Position numbers and translations under genes: made by a program. A stretch of 27,739 nucleotides of DNA from Bdellovibrionota bacterium (GTDB lineage: Bacteria > Bdellovibrionota_C > UBA2361 > JBGSMV01). This document shows positions 8,075-16,693 of the stretch, piece after piece. Position 1 is the first letter of the stretch. Every line of letters begins with the position of its first letter. The stretch is taken from positions 1 through 27,739 of the forward strand of contig JBIKWF010000055.1 in the NCBI GenBank assembly GCA_044356455.1, given 5' to 3'. The notes beneath the pieces are model-generated. The model had not been told where the DNA came from, ran no database searches, and saw only the letters and a list, made by a program, of their open reading frames with translations.

Positions 8075-8181
8075 GGAACCTCTGAAAAAGCCCTCTTTTG
8101 CGGCATCTGTGGTTTTAGTGGGTTCCGAAAACAACCACTAAGACCACAGAGACCACGAAGGGGGACTTTTTCAGAGACTCC
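8075..8181. mobile_element. 107-bp MITE-like element with the same TIRs but a different hairpin cargo
   Basis: GGAACCTCTGAAAAAG(8075-8090) ... CTTTTTCAGAGACTCC(8166-8181); inner TCTGTGGTTTTAGTGG...CCACTAAGACCACAGA. No intact target duplication (ACAC / CTTG). Confidence 0.7.
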
Positions 8182-8444
8182 CTTGCCCTAGCTTGCCATT
8201 TGCAGCGCTGTCTTTACCAGTGAGCCCTTGAAATTTGCCCAAGGGACCGCCCCCACCCCTGCTACCGTTGCCGAATCATTAGGGTTGTTCAATTGTTACC
8301 CCGGGTCTTGAATTCTTCAGCCGCCGTCGTATTGTACAAGCTCCCGAAATCTTTAAGTTTTGACCCCTTTTGCCTGGCGGTAATTACCCGGTAGCAATGA
8401 CGGGGCGAAAGCCACGATTTTTGAGACCCAAGTGACGGATAGCG

Positions 8445-11189
8445 ATGTATCTCCTTAAGAAAATTTTCGGCACCACCAACGACCGCACCCTCAAAGCCCT
8501 CAAGCCTCTCGTGCAGAGAGTAAATCAGCTTGAACCAACCTATAAGGCAATGAGCGATGAAGATCTCCGCGGTCAAACCGCAAAGTTTCGCGAGCGCCTC
8601 TCGCGCGGGGAACCTCTCGACGCACTTATGCCCGATGCATTTGCTGTTGCACGTGAAGCCGGAAAGCGCGTTCTCGGCATGCGGCACTTTGATGTGCAGC
8701 TCATCGGTGGATCGATTCTGCACAGCGGAAAGATTGCCGAAATGAGAACCGGCGAAGGCAAAACCCTTGTTGCCACGCTCCCTGCTTACCTCAACGCCCT
8801 ACCCGCTGCTGGCGTACATATTGTTACCGTCAATGACTATCTCGCACGCCGCGACTCTGAATGGATGGGGCGGCTGTACAACTTTCTCGGCGTTTCCGTA
8901 GGCGTCGTGTACGCCGGCATGGACGAGAGCAACAAGCGTGCTGCCTACCAAGCAGACATTACATACGGACAAAACAACGAGTTCGGATTCGACTACCTAC
9001 GCGACAACATGAAGTTCTCGGTGGACTCCATGTACCAGCGTGGCCACGCCTTCGCGATCGTGGATGAGGTGGACTCAATTCTTATCGACGAAGCGCGCAC
9101 GCCGCTTATCATTTCAGGCCCCGCGGAAGACTCCTCAGAGATGTATCTTCGCGTGAATAAAATCATTCCCTCCATCGAGAAGGAAAAACACTTCACACTC
9201 GACCTAAAATCAAAGCAGCCAACGCTCACCGAAGAAGGCATTGCCCGAGTTGAATCGCTCCTTCAAATTGAGAATCTCTACGATCCTGCCAACATCGACC
9301 TTGTTCATCACGTGAACAACGCCCTCAAGGCGCACTCCATGATGCAGCGCGATGTGGATTACGTCGTGCGAGACGGCGAGATTATCATCGTGGACGAGTT
9401 CACCGGGCGACTTATGGCAGGGCGCCGCTGGTCAAACGGCCTCCACCAAGCGGTCGAAGCGAAAGAGTCCGTTAAGATTCAGCGCGAGAACCAAACGCTG
9501 GCCTCCGTTACCTTCCAGAATTACTTCCGCATGTACAAGAAGCTGTCGGGCATGACCGGCACTGCGGACACGGAAGCAGTTGAGTTCAAGCACATCTACG
9601 GACTAGATGTCGTGGTTATCCCCACGAATCGGCCGATGGTGCGCATAGACGAAAGCGACCAAGTGTTTCGTACTCGCAAGGAAAAATACGAGGCGGCCTG
9701 CGAAGATATCGCCGAGATTAAACTGACGGGCCAGCCCGTACTCGTGGGCACCATAAGCATCGAACAAAGCGAATTACTCTCGAAGATACTTAAGGAAAAG
9801 GGCGTAGAACATAACGTCCTTAACGCGAAGCAGCATGAGCGCGAAGCAGAAATTGTAGCGCAAGCAGGACGCTCCGGAGCTGTCACCATCTCCACCAACA
9901 TGGCAGGCCGCGGAACTGACATCATGCTCGGCGGGAATCCCGAGTTCGCAGCCGCCGCCGAAGCAAAGACCAAAGATCGGGCAGATCCAGCGTTTATCGC
10001 AGCGCTCGAGAAGTCGAAGGCGCTCTGCGACGAAGATCGCGCAAAAGTTATACAAGCGGGCGGACTCTTCATCATGGGCACCGAGCGCCACGAATCTCGG
10101 CGCATCGACAATCAGCTCCGCGGCCGCGCGGGACGACAAGGAGACCCGGGACACTCTCGCTTCTATGTGTCCCTCGAAGACGACCTCATGGCGCGTTTTG
10201 GCGGAGACCGCATTCGCTCTATCATGGACAAAATTGGCTGGGACGAGGGCGTTGCAATCGACGGCAAGCTTATCAGCCGCTCCATTGAAACGGCTCAAAA
10301 ACGCGTAGAAGCGTTCCACTTTGAAGCCCGCAAACACGTCACCGAATATGACGACGTGATGAACAAGCAGCGCCAAGTCATTTACGGGCTCCGTCAGAGC
10401 CTTGTAAAGGGCGAACGGGTGCGCGAAACCATCCTTGGTTTCTTGGACGACCTGCTGGAAAACGCAGTGCTGGATGTATGCGACGAGCGCATTAGGCCGC
10501 ACGAGTGGGACGTAAATCGGATCGGAGAACGATTCCAGTTCCTATTTAAGGAGTCGCTCGATCCCGCAGTACTTAAAAAAGCGGATGCACAGTCAATCTT
10601 TGATGCCGTGCGGACCAAAGGCCGCGACCTTTATGGTAGCCGCGTACAATCTCTAAACACCAAACTCGAAGCTCTCGATGCCATCTTCCGCGCCCAAGAG
10701 CGAGAGGACGGAGAAGAGACCGAAGAATCATCGCCCTCAGCGAAGGTCGATAAGGGCTTTTTTGACTTCGAGCAGCACACGACCTTAGAGACCCTTGATC
10801 AACTTTGGAACAACCACCTCAAGGAAATGGACCATCTCCGCGAGGGCATTGGGTTACGAGGGTATGGACAAAAGAATCCACTCTACGAATATCAACGCGA
10901 AGGATTCATACTCTTTCAATCCCTGATGCAGACCATGCACGAGACGGTAGTTCGAAAGATCTTCTTCTCAGAACCACCAGACCCCAAACAGCTCGAGGCA
11001 CAGCTTAGAGCCGAGCGAGAACGCCGCGAAGCCCTTGAGCAGCAAATGCAAATGGTGCACGAGAGCACCCTTGAACCGACAGCCGCAAATGCTGACTCTG
11101 CGCAGGGAGGAGAAGCTCCCAGAAACGCAGAAGACCAGCGCGCGAGGCTCGCCGCCCAGCGCAAAGCTCGCAGACGGGCTCTCAAATAA
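8445..11189 (+). CDS. secA: Preprotein translocase ATPase SecA
   Basis: MRHFDVQLIG, EMRTGEGKT, VTVNDYLARRD, IVDEVDSILIDEARTPLIISG, TNMAGRGTDI, ESRRIDNQLRGRAGRQGDPG, LRGYGQKNPL. Confidence 0.99.
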   Translation: MYLLKKIFGTTNDRTLKALKPLVQRVNQLEPTYKAMSDEDLRGQTAKFRERLSRGEPLDALMPDAFAVAREAGKRVLGMRHFDVQLIGGSILHSGKIAEMRTGEGKTLVATLPAYLNALPAAGVHIVTVNDYLARRDSEWMGRLYNFLGVSVGVVYAGMDESNKRAAYQADITYGQNNEFGFDYLRDNMKFSVDSMYQRGHAFAIVDEVDSILIDEARTPLIISGPAEDSSEMYLRVNKIIPSIEKEKHFTLDLKSKQPTLTEEGIARVESLLQIENLYDPANIDLVHHVNNALKAHSMMQRDVDYVVRDGEIIIVDEFTGRLMAGRRWSNGLHQAVEAKESVKIQRENQTLASVTFQNYFRMYKKLSGMTGTADTEAVEFKHIYGLDVVVIPTNRPMVRIDESDQVFRTRKEKYEAACEDIAEIKLTGQPVLVGTISIEQSELLSKILKEKGVEHNVLNAKQHEREAEIVAQAGRSGAVTISTNMAGRGTDIMLGGNPEFAAAAEAKTKDRADPAFIAALEKSKALCDEDRAKVIQAGGLFIMGTERHESRRIDNQLRGRAGRQGDPGHSRFYVSLEDDLMARFGGDRIRSIMDKIGWDEGVAIDGKLISRSIETAQKRVEAFHFEARKHVTEYDDVMNKQRQVIYGLRQSLVKGERVRETILGFLDDLLENAVLDVCDERIRPHEWDVNRIGERFQFLFKESLDPAVLKKADAQSIFDAVRTKGRDLYGSRVQSLNTKLEALDAIFRAQEREDGEETEESSPSAKVDKGFFDFEQHTTLETLDQLWNNHLKEMDHLREGIGLRGYGQKNPLYEYQREGFILFQSLMQTMHETVVRKIFFSEPPDPKQLEAQLRAERERREALEQQMQMVHESTLEPTAANADSAQGGEAPRNAEDQRARLAAQRKARRRALK

Positions 11190-11238
11190 AACCACCAGCT
11201 CCTAAGGTAGAAGTAAGCAAAAGGAAGTCGGACGTAAC

Positions 11239-12486
11239 ATGAAACCATATTCACTGTACGTCCATATTCCTTACTGCCTGCAAAAGTGTCCCTACTGTGA
11301 CTTTAATACCTACGCCTTAAGCTCAATCCCAGAGCGTGACTACGTGAGCGCGCTACTCGCGGAGCTCGATTATTTTGCCACTCGCCCGGAATGGCGGGGA
11401 CGCCCCATTCAGTCGATTTATTTCGGTGGTGGAACTCCCTCCCTCTTCTCGGCTCGCTCGGTAAGAAAGTTTATCGAGGAAGCCTGTGCGCTCTTTCCGG
11501 TTACCGAAAACATCGAGCTTTCCATCGAGGCAAACCCTGGAACCGTCGACGCAGAGAAGCTTTCTGGCTACAAGGACTGCGGCATTAACCGGATTAGTTT
11601 TGGGGCGCAGTCGCTCGACCCCGCGACTCTTAAATCTCTGGGACGGCAACACACCCCGGAAGACATCAGAAGCGCCGTAGAGTTCTCGCGCACCGCTGGT
11701 ATCACCAACATCAATCTCGACCTTATGTACGGCTCTCCTGGCCAGACTCTAGAGATGCTAGAGGCGGATCTATTGGCATATCTTGACCTTTCTCCAAGCC
11801 ACGTCTCCCCCTATGGACTCACCATAGAAAAGGGCACCCCCTTCTACACGAGCTTCCGCAAAGGAATCATGAAACTTCCTCCCGAAGAGCACGTAGCCTG
11901 CATGATGGAGCGCATCAATGAAGTTTTGCCAAAGGCAGGTTTTCACCACTACGAAATCAGCAACTTCGCACGTCCCGGCAAAGAAGCGCGTCATAACCTG
12001 GCCTACTGGAACGGAGACGACTACCTGGGGCTTGGGGCGGGGTCGCACAGCTGCGTGACCGAGCGCGAAGGCTCTAGGAAAATCTCCGCTCGAAGGTGGT
12101 CCAACTACGCACTCCCCAATCGCTATATGCAAGCGGCCGCAGCTCAGGGCCACGCCGAAGGCTGGCATGACACGCTCACTCCCAAAGATCTCATGTTTGA
12201 GTTCTTTTTCCTTGGCCTCAGGAAAATTGATGGCGTGAAGGAATCGGATTTTGAAGAGAGCTTCGGCATCCCCCTTTCTGCCGCCTACCCTGAGATCCTA
12301 CAGATTATGACCTCAGAAGAGTTGCTTGAGATAAGCGGGGGCAAGGTCAGGCTCACCGCCCGTGGCCTACTACTCGCAGATAGCGTAGTTGAAAACTTCG
12401 CCTCCCCAAACCTCGACGCACGCCCACCCGCCACAGAAACTTCAAGTGAGCCGAACTGGCTTACGATGGAAGAAACGACGAACTAA
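11239..12486 (+). CDS. hemW: Radical SAM heme chaperone HemW (HemN-like)
   Basis: YVHIPYCLQKCPYCDF (CxxxCxxC), GGGTPS, EANP, YEISNFA, HNLAYW (HNxxYW typical of HemW), YLGLGAGSHS. Confidence 0.92.
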   Translation: MKPYSLYVHIPYCLQKCPYCDFNTYALSSIPERDYVSALLAELDYFATRPEWRGRPIQSIYFGGGTPSLFSARSVRKFIEEACALFPVTENIELSIEANPGTVDAEKLSGYKDCGINRISFGAQSLDPATLKSLGRQHTPEDIRSAVEFSRTAGITNINLDLMYGSPGQTLEMLEADLLAYLDLSPSHVSPYGLTIEKGTPFYTSFRKGIMKLPPEEHVACMMERINEVLPKAGFHHYEISNFARPGKEARHNLAYWNGDDYLGLGAGSHSCVTEREGSRKISARRWSNYALPNRYMQAAAAQGHAEGWHDTLTPKDLMFEFFFLGLRKIDGVKESDFEESFGIPLSAAYPEILQIMTSEELLEISGGKVRLTARGLLLADSVVENFASPNLDARPPATETSSEPNWLTMEETTN

Positions 12487-12641
12487 AAGCCAAGTCAGTC
12501 TTTGCGCACTCGCGCACCTCCCCCCAGAAGAGAACAAAAACTCGGTGACTTACATCACTTTCTCGGCTAACTCCTTGAAGTGCAGACTGGCCAGCAACGA
12601 GAAACGATTGCATAGCGAATGCAAATCGCCATAGTCAAGCC

Positions 12642-14345
12642 ATGCAAAAACGAACTGGCTTTCGATTCCTCAGCACCCTGCTTATTTCAACCATCGTCAC
12701 CCTGCTCGTCGCAGGAAGACCTACCCTTTCGGACGAGCCAAACTGCAACGCCGCTCTCGATCTCGTAGTCACCGGTTTAGTCGATGAGCTTGGGAGACCA
12801 AGGGGCGCGGAAATTAGCAACCAGTCAAGCGTGTGTAGTTATTCTGTGGGAGCCGCGAGCTACAAGCTTTATGGCTCAGAAGAAGCGAGCCAGCTTCTAT
12901 GGCAGGCCCGAGAAGACATACTCCCTCCACTTTCACAAAAGAATTTCTGGGTGCACATTCCTTCTTGCGGTTACCGTCTTGAAGTCTTTCACGGCCCACT
13001 TATCGTCACGTTCAGAACTGGGTCTCGTTATTTGGAACGCACTCTAAAATCTGATTACTATGCGACCGAACTCCAGTGCCCAGAGCCTACCTGCGAAGAG
13101 GCAATTGAAAGAGACATCGTGGGCACCATACTTCCTCTCTCTGAGGAAGATCCACGCTGTGGCAGGATGACGAATTTCTCAAGCTCATGTTCGTACACCG
13201 TTGGAATTGCCAGCTATAACGTATTTGACCCACCTCCCCTTTTTGAAACCCAGACTCTTTTCGACTCCTTTGTTACTCAAGTAGCTCCCAATTCGACTAC
13301 CGAGTTGTGCGTCTCCCGGCCTGCGTGTAGCTATCAGCTCGACTTATTTGTGGGCCAAGTGGTAGCACAGCCCGCAAGCGGAGAATCGTACGGGATAAGG
13401 CTTCGAGATGCGGGTATTTACGTCTCTGGCTCCCGCCCCTACTGTTCAATCGACCCAACTCCGACACCGACGCCTACTGCCACGCCGACTCCTACTCCAA
13501 CTCCAGCCCCTTCGCTCATCTGCCAAGTACAAGGATCTGCCAACCCCCTTCCGTGCAATGGAGAATCTACCTCTCTCCAATTAAGCGGCGCAGGCTCCTC
13601 TAGTTTCGCTGGCATAAGCTACGAGTGGAGTTCCACATGCCCGAATACACAATTGAGCGATCCGGCTGCACTCGCACCAATTCTCTCGTTCTCGAGCGCT
13701 CAAGAAAATGGAGCCCCCGTATCTTGCCAGGCAACCTTACAAGTGAAATATGATGCCCTTGGAATAGCCACATCTTGCTCAGTTCCAATTTCGGTTTCTC
13801 CTTGCAGCGTTGATTGTGCGGGTCAGATCAATGGCTCAGCCATAAAGGACCGCTGCGGCGTGTGCTTAGGGAGTGGAGAATCTTGCCTTGCGGGCTGCAG
13901 CACTTCAGATTTGCGAGAAGGCCAAATCAGACTTGATGGGCACGCACTTCAGCTCCGCACCCAAGTCTCTCGGCTCTTTGCTCTCACTCGTCCGTTTGAG
14001 AGATCAAAAAAGGCGGCGCTCGCTCGCAAAGCCGCACTTGAGAGAGCAAACAGCCTATACGCCAAGGCCTGGACAGTCTCCTGGAGCGTCCCCCGCTTCG
14101 TTACCCAATGCTCCGTTTCCTCAATTTGTGTAACGACCTCCTTTAGCGACGTATTAGATGAGTACCTGGCTTCGATTCAAGAGCTAGAGCAGCTCACCGC
14201 CGAAGCCCGTGACCGAGCAACTCGAGCGTATCCGCGGCGAATTCGCACAAGAATAGACAACGCCCGGCGAATTGCACTTGCAATTGGAAGCGCTGCGCGG
14301 AAAGAAGTCAGCACGTTGCCCCGCACGAACGTGATCTGCCCCTAG
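12642..14345 (+). CDS. Secreted Cys-rich protein with a duplicated N-terminal domain, Pro/Thr linker, PKD/Ig-like segment and helical C-terminus
   Basis: Basic then hydrophobic N-terminus; two similar ~115-aa units; PTPTPTPTATPTPTPTP (13455-13511); LSGAGSS...ISYEWS; DRCGVCLGSGESC. Confidence 0.78.
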   Translation: MQKRTGFRFLSTLLISTIVTLLVAGRPTLSDEPNCNAALDLVVTGLVDELGRPRGAEISNQSSVCSYSVGAASYKLYGSEEASQLLWQAREDILPPLSQKNFWVHIPSCGYRLEVFHGPLIVTFRTGSRYLERTLKSDYYATELQCPEPTCEEAIERDIVGTILPLSEEDPRCGRMTNFSSSCSYTVGIASYNVFDPPPLFETQTLFDSFVTQVAPNSTTELCVSRPACSYQLDLFVGQVVAQPASGESYGIRLRDAGIYVSGSRPYCSIDPTPTPTPTATPTPTPTPAPSLICQVQGSANPLPCNGESTSLQLSGAGSSSFAGISYEWSSTCPNTQLSDPAALAPILSFSSAQENGAPVSCQATLQVKYDALGIATSCSVPISVSPCSVDCAGQINGSAIKDRCGVCLGSGESCLAGCSTSDLREGQIRLDGHALQLRTQVSRLFALTRPFERSKKAALARKAALERANSLYAKAWTVSWSVPRFVTQCSVSSICVTTSFSDVLDEYLASIQELEQLTAEARDRATRAYPRRIRTRIDNARRIALAIGSAARKEVSTLPRTNVICP

Positions 14346-14373
14346 TCTGCAGCGCGCACCTGGCCTAGCCATG

Positions 14374-14400
14374 GCCTCCCTGGGTAGCCCCCAGGCAGGC
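14374..14400. terminator. GC-rich hairpin between convergent genes, possible terminator
   Basis: GCCT-C-CCTGGG-TAGCC-CCCAGG-C-AGGC; no clear U-tract. Confidence 0.3.
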
Positions 14401-14408
14401 GTGCAGAT

Positions 14409-14855
14409 TTAAAAGAACTTCACGAGATAAGCGCTCACGACCAAGCCAAGCGCTCCGACGACGCGAAGCAACGAAATCGGCTGTGCGGTTAAGCCAAATA
14501 GGCCAAAATGATCAAGGACAAGCGAGCCGAGCAATTGCCCGGCAATCGCGATACCGAGAAAACCTGCAACACCAATCTGGCGCACAAAATAGGCCGAAAT
14601 AACTACAAAGCTGGCCCCAATAAGTCCGCCCAACCATACCCATGCTGGCGCAGCTTTCGCTGCACTAAGATCAGGGACGGGAATTCGGAGAAATGCGGTG
14701 ACCACAAGCAGAGCAAAAAGCCCCACAGTAAAATTTGCCACCCCGGCCCAGAGTGGATGCCCGAGATCCGCTCTAAGGCGCGCGTTAATAGCAGCCTGAA
14801 CAGAAAGCCCCACTCCGCCAAGAGCAGTAATTATCACTATTACGAATTTACCCAT
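14409..14855 (-). CDS. DMT-family membrane protein (YdcZ/DUF606 type)
   Basis: VQAAINARL, NFTVG, PAWVWLGGLIGA, AGQLLGSLVLDHFGLFG; five hydrophobic segments. Confidence 0.9.
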   Translation of the reverse strand: MGKFVIVIITALGGVGLSVQAAINARLRADLGHPLWAGVANFTVGLFALLVVTAFLRIPVPDLSAAKAAPAWVWLGGLIGASFVVISAYFVRQIGVAGFLGIAIAGQLLGSLVLDHFGLFGLTAQPISLLRVVGALGLVVSAYLVKFF

Positions 14856-14870
14856 CTCAATTCTCCGTAG

Positions 14871-15629
14871 TTATTCCGCGCCCACCTGAATACGAACTGC
14901 ATCCTTGTCCCCTCGCTGGAGTTTAAGAAGAAGCTCACGCACGTACTCGCGCAGCTCCGGGTCCCGCCAATCTCTAAATATCCTTAACGGGCGCTCCGCC
15001 TCTAAAGCTCCCAAGGCAGACTTTTCAAGAATAACCGGCATTCCAATCGGACTCGAATGAGCTGCATAGGCTGCCCGAATACCTCGCGGCGAATCATCAA
15101 AAACAATCTGACCAGATGACGGAACGTCCATCAACTGCGCAGTCGCCAAGTAGACCTCTGGCGCTGGCTTCGGTTCTCGCACGTGCTCTCGAAATACCAC
15201 GCGAGGGCCAAAGAAACGGGATAATCCTGAGGAATTAAGGATACGCCTACCTTGATCTTCTCTCGTCAGCGAACCAAGTGCTAAGGGCACCCTGAGTTCA
15301 TTGACCCACGACAACACCTCAGAAACTCCGTCTCGAGGGCGAATATCAGCTGTCTCGAGTCGCTTTTCGAAGAGCTCAGTATCACGCGCGAGAAACTCAG
15401 TGACGAACTCCGGGCGCGGCATGCGCAGCTCGGCGTGCGCGAGAGCATAAATATCTTCAGCCACTTTCTCGTCAGGGCCCCCGATAAAATGGGGCAGAGA
15501 AGAGACTGCAAATTGTCTATCTATTGCGAGCCCGAAAGAAGCCGCGGCATCCAAATGCGCGCCATGGCGCTGGCTCTCGAGGTCGACCGTGGTTCCCTCA
15601 AGATCTAATGTTACTCCTACCCCTTGCAT
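14871..15629 (-). CDS. HAD-superfamily hydrolase (beta-PGM/CbbY-like)
   Basis: Motif I DLEGTTVD, motif II LGS, motif III KPAPEVY, motif IV VFDDSPRGI. Confidence 0.85.
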   Translation of the reverse strand: MQGVGVTLDLEGTTVDLESQRHGAHLDAAASFGLAIDRQFAVSSLPHFIGGPDEKVAEDIYALAHAELRMPRPEFVTEFLARDTELFEKRLETADIRPRDGVSEVLSWVNELRVPLALGSLTREDQGRRILNSSGLSRFFGPRVVFREHVREPKPAPEVYLATAQLMDVPSSGQIVFDDSPRGIRAAYAAHSSPIGMPVILEKSALGALEAERPLRIFRDWRDPELREYVRELLLKLQRGDKDAVRIQVGAE

Positions 15630-15815
15630 GCGTGGCGAACGCTAACAAAATTTGTGGGCGCATGCACGAAAGAAGCTTTGCCAAAGCCTACTTTTAGCTG
15701 TCTACGCATTCTCAAGGTAATTTAAATTGCTGAAAAAAGAGGTGAGTGTGGGGTCGATAGCCCCCCCGAAATGTAGCATCCTCGCTTGTCACGTCGCTGC
15801 GAGTTTAAAATGGAG

Positions 15816-16172
15816 TCATTCAGTCACTTCCTCAGAGCTCTCTCCCGAAACAATTGGCATGACTAGTGGCAGAGTAAAGAGGATAAAGCCTACAAGCAAA
15901 GAAGACAAAAGCAACACTCTCTTGCCGCGCGCTGCCACTTTAAAAATCCAAGACCAATTGATAACGAGATGGATCACAGCAAGAGCCAAGAACGCAATTG
16001 CGAAGTAAAAATGTAAATCCGCCCACTCATGCCGTGAGAATCCGAGCACTGACAATCCGTGCGATCGGCTCTGTCTCTCCAAGCGAAAAGCGAGCACTCC
16101 GCCGGAGGAGAGCATGAGGCATGTTGCAAGAAATAGAAGATAATTATCTATCTTAAGGATTAGACTGCGCAT
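15816..16172 (-). CDS. DUF4405-like small membrane protein (putative heme b binding)
   Basis: Three TM segments; GFSRHEWADLH...LAVIHLVINWSWI two-His pattern. ATG at 16172 follows GAGGGGG. Confidence 0.75.
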   Translation of the reverse strand: MRSLILKIDNYLLFLATCLMLSSGGVLAFRLERQSRSHGLSVLGFSRHEWADLHFYFAIAFLALAVIHLVINWSWIFKVAARGKRVLLLSSLLVGFILFTLPLVMPIVSGESSEEVTE

Positions 16173-16354
16173 AAGAGTCCCCCTCAAAGGCACCGGAAAA
16201 GAAGCGAATTCCTCTCCCGCGCTCCCAATAAAGACCAAAGGGAGTACTTCCGCCACAAGGCAGCTCCAAGCTCCTGAAACAGGTGAAGAATCTTATGGGG
16301 CGCGGCAGAAGTTCATCCCCAGAGGAACCACGGAACAACCCCCTAAAGAACTAG

Positions 16355-16474
16355 GGGATCTCTGAAAAAGTGAGCTCTGTGCCCTCTGTGGTTGATTTAA
16401 ATTATCGAAAAACCACAGAGGACACAGAGCTCACTGAGAGAAAAAATAGAATAGCGATGTTTTTCAGAGGTTCC
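16355..16474. mobile_element. 120-bp MITE-like element with CTAG target duplication
   Basis: CTAG(16351-16354)-GGGATCTCTGAAAAA ... TTTTTCAGAGGTTCC-CTAG(16475-16478); reverse orientation relative to 4769-4898, with one 9-mer fewer in one arm. Confidence 0.87.
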
Positions 16475-16478
16475 CTAG

Positions 16479-16663
16479 GAAAAACTAGGCTCCGCGTACT
16501 CAGCGTCCCCGGCTCCGCCAAGGCTGCGCCGCGGCCGCACCGAAGCCAGGCTCGGCGCAGCCGTAAGGCGCAAACGGCTTTGCGTTACTTGAAAAGTATT
16601 TAATAACGCGGAGGACGCAGGGTACGCGGAGGAGAATCAGTTCTTTGGTTTTTCAGAGGTCCT
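16479..16663. mobile_element. Degenerate second element: ACGCGGAG-type hairpin with a nested palindromic insert and one intact TIR
   Basis: CTCCGCGTACTCAGCGTCC[70-bp insert]TTTGCGTTA ... TAACGCGGAGGACGCAGGGTACGCGGAG ... TTTTTCAGAGGTCCT-TTAG. GAAAAAC at 16479 may be the remnant of the left TIR. Confidence 0.6.
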
Positions 16664-16693
16664 TTAGAGAGGGAAAAGGGCCTCAGACCAAGA

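Noticed and set aside
8375..8444. Possible c-di-GMP-I-like riboswitch upstream of secA (GGTAA...GCAA...GGGGCGAAAGCCACG)
   Set aside because: Only fragments of the consensus are present and the second stem and P1 closure could not be built. An Infernal/Rfam scan would settle it.
9596..10618. Long antisense ORFs within secA (also within mnmG, rluA and the kyn genes)
   Set aside because: Shadow ORFs opposite conserved genes, with no recognisable motifs.
15735..15770. GGGG-TCGATAG-CCCC hairpin with an A-tract as terminator or sRNA after the DUF4405-like gene
   Set aside because: The stem is short and the U-tract is about 10 nt away; insufficient support.
16173..16350. Cobalamin or other riboswitch upstream of the DUF4405-like gene
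   Set aside because: No B12-box or other conserved aptamer motifs were recognised on the coding strand.
16370..16603. 77-aa ORF, and the similar N-terminal extensions on yjbQ (20771-20863) and nbaC (4698-4763)
   Set aside because: These are translations of the 9-mer repeats ([19 protein letters not shown]); the 9-bp period keeps frames open.
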